This document shows positions 1 to 9,049 of a stretch of 32,000 bases of DNA, in pieces. A model generated the notes under the pieces. The model was not told the DNA's origin and did no database searches. It worked only from the letters and a program-made list of their open reading frames with translations. The DNA lies in NCBI GenBank assembly GCA_005191425.1, contig SUPR01000027.1:5791-37790 (forward strand), written 5' to 3'. The DNA is from Candidatus Helarchaeota ASGARD archaeon Hel_GB_B (GTDB taxonomy: Archaea > Asgardarchaeota > Lokiarchaeia > Helarchaeales > HEL-GB-B). Within the stretch, counting starts at the first letter, position 1. The number at the start of each line of letters is the position of its first letter. The position numbers and the translations under genes are program-made.

Positions 1-541
1 CTTATTATTCTTTAAAATAAAAAACTTATCTTTTCTATTAAAATGTAGTCTAACGATAATCAAAAAATTGCTCTAAGTTTCTATTGAACTATTTATGGTT
101 TAAAAATTTAGAAGAATTTTTACGTAAATGATGTATCTATTAGAAAGATAAAAGAAATTAAATAAATTTTATTAAAAATACATTAAAATAAATTAAAAAT
201 ATACAAATAAATTAAGATGGTAATAATATTTTGAATAAAAATTGGTTTTATTTAATTGATATGATTAATAGAATCCAATAAATTCTAAAATTTAAGATTA
301 TAAAAATAATAAATCAAATTGGCTGGTTATTTCTCAATAAATTTAACAAATTTTTGTCCGAATTTTAAAAATTTGCAATTCAAAAAAAGATTTTCAACAG
401 ATATATTTTAAAATATTTCAATAAATTAATTTGCCTAAAAATTTTTATTAAAAAATTTAATATCTCCTTTAGAATTACATTTATAAAATTATGAAAAGTT
501 TATTTAAATTAGAATATTAAGTTTTTATTCGAGAATTAATT

Positions 542-2272
542 ATGTTTAAAATTCGGTGGTATAAAATCGAACTAGATGGCATTCTTGAAGATCTAAGAAA
601 AGATGACCTCCAGAAAATAGAGGAGGCAACAAAAAAATTATTAGATTTAGATAAAGAAGATTTTGAAAATTATGGTTTTGATGATGCTATCAATAAGATC
701 TTTGAAATTATAGAATTATTTGAAGATATTGAATCAAAAAGACCGGAATTTTGGAAAAGGCTTAAAGATAAAAAAAAGATAGAGAAATGGGATAAAATAA
801 TAGAAAATATTCGAGATAAATTGCGCGACCTTGATTTAACTTCTTATGATTTAAATGATAAGGGAATTGAAGCTCAAGATAAAGATGATGATGACCGGGC
901 TTTAATTTATTATAAACAAGCAGTATTATTAGACCCAAATTATCGGTGGAGTTGGTACAACCTTGGTAATGTATATCGAAATAAAGATAATAATGAAAAA
1001 GCAATAGAATGTTATAAAAAAGCGGTGAAAATTTACCCTGACTATGGAGATGCTTGGAACAATATGGGTAATGCATATAGCGATTTAGATAAATTAAATG
1101 ATGCATTAGAAGTCTATGAAAAAGCTGCAAGTATTGAGTCATATGAAAATAGGAATTTTCCGATATATAATATAGGGCTTATTTATGAAAAAAAAGGCGA
1201 TAAACATAAAGCATTAGAGTATTTTAAAAAAGCATTGGAAGTTAAAGGAGACTATGCTAAAGCCCAGTATAATGCTGGTAGAATTTTATATGAGATGGGA
1301 AATATTTTAGAGGCCCAAAAATATTTTACTTTAGCATTAACGAATGATTTTGAAAATTATTATAAAGATATTGCTGAATTTAATATAAATGTATATAATT
1401 TACTTGCTAAACATTTAATTAACGATTTTATTGATTTCAAGAACTTAAATGTTGACATTATCCAAAAAGATGTCAAAGAGATAATTAAAAATATTTTTTC
1501 AAGGAATTATTTTGGCGAAAAAGAAATCAATTTTTTATTAAATGATCCAGAATATATTAAAAATTGGAAAAAAAGCTTTACCACAGGGAAAGCTGAAATT
1601 ATTGAAAATTTTATAAATAATTGTCTTGCTTCTATTTTTATTAGTAAGGATGAAGATCTTTTAAATGGTTGGATAAATGAAGATATTAGTAAAATGTTAA
1701 ATAATAATGAAATTGATTATGAGTTTTTAAGAATAGAACTGATCTTAAAATTCATTAATAATTTTCCTGGAGATGAATTATCTCAAAATATTAGAGATAA
1801 ATTAAATTCTGTAATTATTGAGAGTTATGATTATTTTAAAAAGACATTTAGACTTATCCGGAATTATATTTTATCTCATAATATTAATTCAGCTGAAGAA
1901 TATATTGATAAATTTTTAGATCAAATAGAAAATGAAGAGATAAAGACAAAATATAGGAAGGAATATGTAGCAACAACTATAAAAATTTCTGAATTTTTAA
2001 GAGATTACGCATTAATCAATAATAATTTACTCTTTATAAATTTAAATGAAAAAATAATTTTGTGGTTATTGGAGAATTTAGATAATAGAGATGCTTCAAT
2101 TGAAGTTGCATTTTTTTTATTAGAATCGGTCGACTTATTTTATAAGAATAAAAAATTTGAGACCAGTTTAAAATGCGCAATAAAAGCAAAAGAATTTTTT
2201 AACAAGTTGGAATTTATTAAGGATTCTCAAAAAGTCGAAAAAATTATTAAAAAAATTGAGATATTAAATTAA
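542..2272 (+). CDS. Tetratricopeptide repeat (TPR) protein with acidic helical N-terminus and long helical C-terminus
   Basis: 576-aa ORF with five consecutive ~34-aa TPRs at about aa 101-272 (e.g. SWYNLGNVYRNKDNNEKAIECYKKAVKIYPDY, AWNNMGNAYSDLDKLNDALEVYEKAASI, IYNIGLIYEKKGDKHKALEYFKKALEV). BRE/TATA-like GAAAAGTTATTTAAAT at ~493-508. Confidence 0.9.
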   Translation: MFKIRWYKIELDGILEDLRKDDLQKIEEATKKLLDLDKEDFENYGFDDAINKIFEIIELFEDIESKRPEFWKRLKDKKKIEKWDKIIENIRDKLRDLDLTSYDLNDKGIEAQDKDDDDRALIYYKQAVLLDPNYRWSWYNLGNVYRNKDNNEKAIECYKKAVKIYPDYGDAWNNMGNAYSDLDKLNDALEVYEKAASIESYENRNFPIYNIGLIYEKKGDKHKALEYFKKALEVKGDYAKAQYNAGRILYEMGNILEAQKYFTLALTNDFENYYKDIAEFNINVYNLLAKHLINDFIDFKNLNVDIIQKDVKEIIKNIFSRNYFGEKEINFLLNDPEYIKNWKKSFTTGKAEIIENFINNCLASIFISKDEDLLNGWINEDISKMLNNNEIDYEFLRIELILKFINNFPGDELSQNIRDKLNSVIIESYDYFKKTFRLIRNYILSHNINSAEEYIDKFLDQIENEEIKTKYRKEYVATTIKISEFLRDYALINNNLLFINLNEKIILWLLENLDNRDASIEVAFFLLESVDLFYKNKKFETSLKCAIKAKEFFNKLEFIKDSQKVEKIIKKIEILN

Positions 2273-2300
2273 TTCAGGAGCAATTGAGTTTGAACCAAAT

Positions 2301-4937
2301 ATGACTGATAAATGTAAGTATTTAGATGAAAAAGATATTTTGGGCGAAATCTTCTATTTATGTAACATCCAAAAAAAAGGTATTTCTACCGATTTTGTTT
2401 TGGAAACATGTTTATCTCCAAACTGGAAAGATTGCGAGTTTGTATTTAGTCCATCGAAATCGCATTTAAAAGGCAAATGGAAGGAAATAATTGGATTAGA
2501 GGATATCAAAAAAGAGCTCATCCAGAAGGTCCAACATCCCTTCATTTTATCTCAGATTAAAAATATGAAAATAGAACCAGTAAAAACGCTTATTCTTTTT
2601 GGTCCAGATGGGTGTGAAAAATTATCATTGGTCCATGCATTAGCTGAAGAGAGCCATGTTAATTTAGAGACTATTTCATTCAGACAAATTGAAGAATTGA
2701 ACACAAAAATTGATGAAATTGGAGAAAATGACCCGACTATTATTTTAATTGATGAGGTAGACCTAGTTGCACCACCAATAGAATCAAAACAAGTATATTT
2801 AGCAACATTTAGAATCCAAGATCCTATAATTATATTAATGTCTGCTATTCAGAAAATTAAATCTTCTAATAAACCTATATCCTTGATTATGATTACTGAT
2901 AATCCTGATTTAGTTTCTCCATTAATTTTAAAACAGGAATATATTTCTGATATAATTTACGTTCATCCTCCAACGGAAAAAGATAGGAAGGAAATTTTAA
3001 AAAATTTATTACAAAATAAACCGCTGGAGAAAAATATTGATTTTGATTTACTGGCCAAAAAAACATTTAATTTTTCGGTGCAGGACCTTAAAAAACTAGT
3101 TAGAATAACCGAATTAAAATGGGCTGAAGATTCTTATGAAAATGAGCGAAAAATTTCAATGGACGACATACTCAAGGCTCTAAAAGAAGTAATCCCCTCA
3201 TTGACAAAATCAATGATTAAAAAATTTGAGATAACTGCGATTCGTTATGGTGCAATGGAAAAAAGGTTTAGTAAAGAACGATTAACGTGGGATGATGTAG
3301 GAGGATATGATTCTATTAAAAAGCAATTAAAAAATATTATTTCAATGTTAACATCAAGTGATATGTATAAAAAATATGATGTTAATGCACCAACAGGTGT
3401 GCTTTTATTTGGACCTCCTGGGTGTGGTAAAACTTATATTGCCAGAGTAATGGCTGATATTGCTAATGCTAATTTCATATATGCAAGCGCTCCTGATTTA
3501 TTATCAAAATGGTTGGGTGAAAGTGAACAAAAAATTCACGATTTATTTACAACCGCAAAATTAAACCCACCTACAATTCTCTTTTTTGATGAATTAGACG
3601 GAATTGCATTTGAAAGATCAAGAACAACTGATCATCCGTATTTGACGACTATATTGTCTACATTTCTATCTGAATTCTCTGATCTCCGTCCTGAAGACCA
3701 TATTTTAGTAATTGGAGCTACTAATAGAATTGAAGATATAGATCCAGCATTTCTTAGACCTGGACGTCTTGATGAGCGAATTGCAGTTCCACCACCAGAT
3801 TTTAATGCAAGAAAAGAAATTTTTCAAATTTATTTAAGAAAAGTAGAATTGAGTGATGATGTTGATTTTGATTTTTTAGCAGAAAAAACTAAAAATTATA
3901 CTGGAGCTGAAATCGCTTATATTTGTGATACCACTAAACGCAATAAAGCTTTTAAGGCTATTGAAAATGGCAAATATACTAAAATAAAAATGAAAGATAT
4001 TTTAGAAGTTTTAGATTCAATTAAACCAGATCTATCATCTGAAGATATTGATGAATTTAATGAAATGATTGAAAAATTTGAACGCCGTGGTAAATTTTCC
4101 CCTGAAATACTTCATGAGCCTATATACTGGAATGAAATTGGAGGTTTAAAAGAAGTTAAAGATTTTTTACAAAATCACGTTATACGGCCATTAATTAATT
4201 ACAGAGATGCTCTGGAATTCGGTATTACACCAAAAAAAGGGATAATTATTTACGGTTTACCTGGAACTGGAAAAACATCAATAGCAAAAGCAATTACAAC
4301 CGAATCCAATGCAAATTTCTTTAGATTTTCAGCATTAGAATTATCTAATGTCTTTCTTTATAGAACTGATACACCAAAAAGTTTTAAAGATTTGATACGC
4401 GATGCCGAAAGAGTTGCACCTTCTATTATACTACTCGAAAATGTAGAAGCTATCGATTCATTTGAAATAGCCCTTTTTATTCAAAGTGAAATTGAAAAAA
4501 TAAAAAAGGAAATTCCAATTTTAATTATATGTGAAACCAATAATTTTGAAGGAATACCTGAAATTTTAAAAGCAAGCAACCAAATTCAATATGTTGTTAT
4601 TATAAATCCACCTACTTTTGAAGAACGAATCGAAATTTTAAAAATTAAAACAAAAAATCTTATTCTTAAGGACGATTTTGACTTCAAATTTATTGCAAAT
4701 AGAACTAATTATTATACTGGTTCGGACCTTGATAAATTGATAAAAGAAGCTGCTCATATTGCCTTTACAAGGAAATTAAATAACAGTTCAAAAGATTCTG
4801 TTAAAATAAACGAGGATGACTTTTTAAATGCAATGAAAATAGTCGAACCATCACTATCACAAAAGATAATCGATGAATTCAAAAATTCAATCGACAGAAT
4901 CCAAAAAAACAAAACTCGTATTGGTTATTATGGTTAA
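2301..4937 (+). CDS. Cdc48/VCP-family AAA+ ATPase with three tandem AAA modules and C-terminal HbYX motif
   Basis: Three modules begin WKEIIGL, WDDVGGY and WNEIGGL. Walker A: GPDGCEKL (degenerate), GPPGCGKT, GLPGTGKT. The middle module has pore loop KWLG, Walker B FFDELD and SRH ATNRIEDIDPAFLRPGRLD. The protein ends RIGYYG. SD-like AGGAG at 2276-2280. Confidence 0.92.
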   Translation: MTDKCKYLDEKDILGEIFYLCNIQKKGISTDFVLETCLSPNWKDCEFVFSPSKSHLKGKWKEIIGLEDIKKELIQKVQHPFILSQIKNMKIEPVKTLILFGPDGCEKLSLVHALAEESHVNLETISFRQIEELNTKIDEIGENDPTIILIDEVDLVAPPIESKQVYLATFRIQDPIIILMSAIQKIKSSNKPISLIMITDNPDLVSPLILKQEYISDIIYVHPPTEKDRKEILKNLLQNKPLEKNIDFDLLAKKTFNFSVQDLKKLVRITELKWAEDSYENERKISMDDILKALKEVIPSLTKSMIKKFEITAIRYGAMEKRFSKERLTWDDVGGYDSIKKQLKNIISMLTSSDMYKKYDVNAPTGVLLFGPPGCGKTYIARVMADIANANFIYASAPDLLSKWLGESEQKIHDLFTTAKLNPPTILFFDELDGIAFERSRTTDHPYLTTILSTFLSEFSDLRPEDHILVIGATNRIEDIDPAFLRPGRLDERIAVPPPDFNARKEIFQIYLRKVELSDDVDFDFLAEKTKNYTGAEIAYICDTTKRNKAFKAIENGKYTKIKMKDILEVLDSIKPDLSSEDIDEFNEMIEKFERRGKFSPEILHEPIYWNEIGGLKEVKDFLQNHVIRPLINYRDALEFGITPKKGIIIYGLPGTGKTSIAKAITTESNANFFRFSALELSNVFLYRTDTPKSFKDLIRDAERVAPSIILLENVEAIDSFEIALFIQSEIEKIKKEIPILIICETNNFEGIPEILKASNQIQYVVIINPPTFEERIEILKIKTKNLILKDDFDFKFIANRTNYYTGSDLDKLIKEAAHIAFTRKLNNSSKDSVKINEDDFLNAMKIVEPSLSQKIIDEFKNSIDRIQKNKTRIGYYG

Positions 4938-5050
4938 AAAAAATAGTAGTGCAATATACTTGATAATAAAATCTAAATATTTAAATCTAAAAAAATAATT
5001 AATATAATTTAATAAAACATAGTGTTTATTTTCCTTTATTAGGGATTAAA

Positions 5051-5671
5051 TTGGAAAACAATAATTTAAAAGGCGGAACTGAAAAAGAGGAAGAAAAAAA
5101 TGAGCTTGTCAACTTCTTAAAAGATACTCGCGAGATTATTTTAAATGGTGTGCGAGATGCCTTTATTGATAGAAAAACTGATAATATTCAAAAACTCTAC
5201 CAATTAGCAGCTAAAATCTCGGAAGAATTGGGTGATATCGAATCTAAGAAACGATTTGAAAACAGGTCAAAATTGTTTAATAGAAAAAATGCAAACGAAA
5301 TTTTAGAAGATATTGATTTAACCATTAAAAGCATCATTCAAATTATTAATTATGAATTTCAAGATAAAATTAAAAGGGTACTATACACTATAAATTTGCT
5401 AATAAATACTGCAAAAGAAATAGAAATCGCAGAAAAAACCTTTAGAAGGGCAAATGCCCAATTAAATTTCTCACTTATTCAATATATTCGAAAAATGCGG
5501 GCATTTAGAAATGAATTATTTAGGTTAATACCTAAGGAATTAATACAAACATCCTTCGAAGAATGGGAAAATGAACATAAAAAAATAAAACTAAACCTTG
5601 AAAAATTAAAGGTAAAATTAGATCTTCTTATTTTAAAGTATAAAAAAGATTATAATGAAGAATTAATTTAG
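5051..5671 (+). CDS. Hypothetical all-helical protein
   Basis: 206-aa ORF with TTG start and a charged amphipathic helical pattern. No family motif recognised. Confidence 0.75.
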   Translation: MENNNLKGGTEKEEEKNELVNFLKDTREIILNGVRDAFIDRKTDNIQKLYQLAAKISEELGDIESKKRFENRSKLFNRKNANEILEDIDLTIKSIIQIINYEFQDKIKRVLYTINLLINTAKEIEIAEKTFRRANAQLNFSLIQYIRKMRAFRNELFRLIPKELIQTSFEEWENEHKKIKLNLEKLKVKLDLLILKYKKDYNEELI

Positions 5672-5846
5672 TTATCGTGTTTTTTAAACTTTTTACTTTT
5701 CTATTTTAATTTTTATTATGGATTTTTGTTTATTACAATTTTTCAATTAAATTTCCGCATTTTTTTCCATTAAAAAATACAATAATAATATAAATAACTT
5801 AAATTAATACAAATTATAAAATAAATATATGATTAAGTAAGTAAAG

Positions 5847-6953
5847 GTGATTGGTTTACAAGTTTGTGCTTGGGATCTTGAAGGGCCATTATCAATGACT
5901 GATTTTGCTGCTGAAATTTTTAAATATCTAAAAATAAAGATTAAATCTAAAATTAAAGGTAATTTAGGTGATTTATTCTATTTAATCAGTAAGTATGACG
6001 ATTATCTAATAGACTATCCTCTAAATCAGCAAAAATTAAATATTGAACGATATAATCCTGGAGATACATTAAGATTATTAGCCCCATTTTATGTAAATTA
6101 TTTTTCTAACGCAGAATTATTTGAAATTGCTAAAAAAAAGTTAGGTATTATTCCAGGTGCAATTGAAACAATTTCATTATTACAAGACGAATGGGATATT
6201 TACGTAATCTCCACAAGTTATACTTATTTTGCATATCAAGTAACAGAAAAATTAGGAATCTCTAAAGACCATGTATATTGTACATTATTAGATGTAGATA
6301 ATTTAAAAGAGTTTAAAGATCAATTAGAAACAAAAATTAATCATCTTTTGTATAAAATATTTCCGAAATATATTGATAATAATAAGAACTTTGAGATTAT
6401 AGTTGATGATCTAAATGATTTTTTCTGGGGCGACCGAAACTCTGGATATTTTCAAATAATGGAAAAAGTAGTTGTGCGGGGTGGCAAACAAAAAGAACTG
6501 GCTATTGAGAGTATTTCTGAACGAACCGGCTGTCCAATTGAAGAAATAATTGTAACTGGCGATTCCATAACCGACATTAACATGTTAAATAGAGTAAAAA
6601 ATGAAAATGGTATTGCAATATCTTTTAACGGCAATAATTATTCTATACCGCATGCAAATATAGCAGTAACAACTCCTAATGTCATGGGTATTATGCCAAT
6701 TTTTTATAATTACAAAAAAATTTGGGATTTTATTAAAGACTGGAACGAAAATTTTGAAAAATTTAAGATGGACCCCTCTAAAATTCCAGATGATTTAATT
6801 CCGTCTTCTCTGAAAGCATATTTTATTAAAGAAAATTTTGTCCCACAAATTAATGATATTAGGTCAATCACTAATGAAAAATTAAATGAACTAATAAAAA
6901 TACAAAAAGAAATGCGAAAAAAAGTAAGAGGTTGGGTTGGTGGTCTAGGATGA
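5847..6953 (+). CDS. HAD-superfamily hydrolase, COG4030/EhaR-like
   Basis: Motif I variant WDLEGP, motif II ISTSY, motif III K (GGKQK) and motif IV GDSITD followed by GIAISFNGN. This matches the archaeal family often labelled energy-converting hydrogenase A subunit R. Confidence 0.8.
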   Translation: MIGLQVCAWDLEGPLSMTDFAAEIFKYLKIKIKSKIKGNLGDLFYLISKYDDYLIDYPLNQQKLNIERYNPGDTLRLLAPFYVNYFSNAELFEIAKKKLGIIPGAIETISLLQDEWDIYVISTSYTYFAYQVTEKLGISKDHVYCTLLDVDNLKEFKDQLETKINHLLYKIFPKYIDNNKNFEIIVDDLNDFFWGDRNSGYFQIMEKVVVRGGKQKELAIESISERTGCPIEEIIVTGDSITDINMLNRVKNENGIAISFNGNNYSIPHANIAVTTPNVMGIMPIFYNYKKIWDFIKDWNENFEKFKMDPSKIPDDLIPSSLKAYFIKENFVPQINDIRSITNEKLNELIKIQKEMRKKVRGWVGGLG

Positions 6954-7864
6954 AATTAGATATAATTTGCGAAGGTGCTGCATTAATTGATATGGTCGCA
7001 TTAGTCGACCGATTTCCAAACATAGATGATGAAGTTTTTGTACCAAAATTAGAATTCAAATGCGGGGGTTCTGCAGCAAATACTGCTGTTGCATGTTCCA
7101 AATTAAATTTAAAAACAGGTTTCATTGGAAAAATAGGTAAAGATCCATTTGGTTCTCTATTAATTGATGATTTTAATAGAAATTCTATTAATATAGAAAA
7201 CTTGGTAATTTCTGAAGTCTTGCCTACTGGAAATTGTTATGCTGCTGTCGATAAAAAAGGTAATCGTATCTTATATGCTTTTAGCGGTGCAGCAAATGAG
7301 TTAAATCCAAATGAATTAAAAGAAGATTATATTAAAAATTCAAGATTAATACATCTTGCAAGTCTTAAAAATATTCTTCCATTAATAAAATCTGCTGAAA
7401 TCGCGCAGAAAAATGATGTATTAATTTCGCTCAACCCTGGTGCATTGATAGCAGACCAACCTTTTGAAAATATTAAGCCTTTAATATCAAAAATTGATAT
7501 TTTTATCAGCTCAGAAAGTGAATTGAAAAAAATTTTTGATGATAATTTGGAAAATTCTTTGAAGAAGTTAAAAAAATTTGTGAAAATTTGTGCTATTACT
7601 CAAGGTTCCCGTGGATCTTTGATCAACGATTATGAAAATAATGAGCAATTTGTAATTCCGTCGTACAAAGTAGATGTAAAGGATACTACGGGCGCTGGAG
7701 ACGCTTATTCTGCAGGGTTTCTCTCAGGTTTGCTACATAATAAAGATTTATTTACATGTGGAAAAATGGGAAACGCAGCTGCAGCTTTATGTATCCAAAA
7801 AATTGGTGCTCGATTTGGAATACCCAGTTATAATGAATTAATGACTTTTATTGAAGAAAATTAG
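6950..7864 (+). CDS. PfkB/ribokinase-family carbohydrate or nucleoside kinase
   Basis: Signatures GGSAANTAVACSKL, IGKIGKDPFG and DTTGAGDAYSAGF. Start reassigned from the track's 6932 to the ATG at 6950, which overlaps the upstream TGA (ATGA coupling). Confidence 0.93.
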   Translation: MKLDIICEGAALIDMVALVDRFPNIDDEVFVPKLEFKCGGSAANTAVACSKLNLKTGFIGKIGKDPFGSLLIDDFNRNSINIENLVISEVLPTGNCYAAVDKKGNRILYAFSGAANELNPNELKEDYIKNSRLIHLASLKNILPLIKSAEIAQKNDVLISLNPGALIADQPFENIKPLISKIDIFISSESELKKIFDDNLENSLKKLKKFVKICAITQGSRGSLINDYENNEQFVIPSYKVDVKDTTGAGDAYSAGFLSGLLHNKDLFTCGKMGNAAAALCIQKIGARFGIPSYNELMTFIEEN

Positions 7865-7873
7865 GAGTTAAAA

Positions 7874-8902
7874 TTGTATCATCTTAATTTTTGTATTACT
7901 GATAAATGTAATCAAAATTGTATTCATTGCTTTGTGAACCCAAATCAATGTAATTTTAATGGATTAGAAGAAAATTTTATAATTGGATTATGTGAAAAAG
8001 CTTTCAGATTTGGCCTAAAATCAGTCCACATTTTTGGTGGAGAACCATTTTTAAGACCTGATTTAAAAAATATTTGCGAAAAATTAAATGAATTAAAAAT
8101 AAATATAAGTATTGCTACAAATGGTCATTTTCTTAATCCTGAACAAGTTGAATGGATCGAAAAATTCAATATTTTTCTTACTATTTCACTTCATGGGACT
8201 GAAAAAATCCATGATGAAATTGCGAATATGCAGGGCTCTTTTAAGACTACTTTAAACAACATCAAATATCTTTTAAATAAAAAAATTAAATTTGCTATTA
8301 CAACCTGCGTTAATAAATTAAACATGGAAAGTTATCCTAGTTTACTACAAGAATTAACTAAAATAGGAATAAAAAATTTTATAATACTTTATTTTTCTCC
8401 AATAGGCCGAGGAATGGAATTAATTGATTATATAATTTCTAATGAAGAATGGGAGCAATTTATTTTTGATGTCCAGCGTTTTAAATGGAAACTAGACCCG
8501 GAAATTGAGATTTCATTTGAGCCGAGCATTTTTAATCGTAAATATATTAATTTATTTACTTATAGACAACAATGGGCATCATGCCAAATAAATTATAAAA
8601 ATAATTTTGTAATTGATGCAAATGGCGATGTCTATCCTTGCATTTTATTACTACGGGATAAGAGGTACCTATTAGGTAATGTTTTAAAATCAGATATAAT
8701 TGAAATATATAATAAAGACCTTACCTTATCTATTAACTCTGCTTATGATATTCCAAATACTTGTTTAAATTGCAATTTATTTGATTTATGCAAAAGCGGG
8801 TGTATTGCTTATAAAGGAAAAGGTAATATTGATTTTAGATGTAATCCACAGAATAAAAATTATGCACTTTTATGTCCACTTTTTACTAAAATCCTATATT
8901 AA
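7874..8902 (+). CDS. Radical SAM protein with SPASM domain
   Basis: CxxxCxxC motif (CNQNCIHC), GGEPFLR, and SPASM cysteines (SCQ...GDVYPC...CLNCNLFDLCKSGC...C...CP). TTG start with AGGAG at 7863-7867. Confidence 0.93.
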   Translation: MYHLNFCITDKCNQNCIHCFVNPNQCNFNGLEENFIIGLCEKAFRFGLKSVHIFGGEPFLRPDLKNICEKLNELKINISIATNGHFLNPEQVEWIEKFNIFLTISLHGTEKIHDEIANMQGSFKTTLNNIKYLLNKKIKFAITTCVNKLNMESYPSLLQELTKIGIKNFIILYFSPIGRGMELIDYIISNEEWEQFIFDVQRFKWKLDPEIEISFEPSIFNRKYINLFTYRQQWASCQINYKNNFVIDANGDVYPCILLLRDKRYLLGNVLKSDIIEIYNKDLTLSINSAYDIPNTCLNCNLFDLCKSGCIAYKGKGNIDFRCNPQNKNYALLCPLFTKILY

Positions 8903-9049
8903 AACAAATGTTATCAATATTTCATAAATAATATTGGAAAATATAAATAGATAATTAATTAATTTTTATCTGATTTTAAAATGTCATATAAAAGTAAAAT
9001 ATTAAATTACAAATTGCATTAATTTATTAATTTAAGTTGAGGATTTCAA

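Noticed and set aside
1-541. Long AT-rich leader as replication origin or ncRNA
   Set aside because: No ORB-like repeats, no cdc6/orc1 neighbour and no structured GC-rich segment. It may simply be intergenic DNA cut by the window edge.
5847-6953. Eha hydrogenase subunit
   Set aside because: The family name comes from gene position in methanogens. The sequence is a HAD hydrolase and no eha genes are adjacent.
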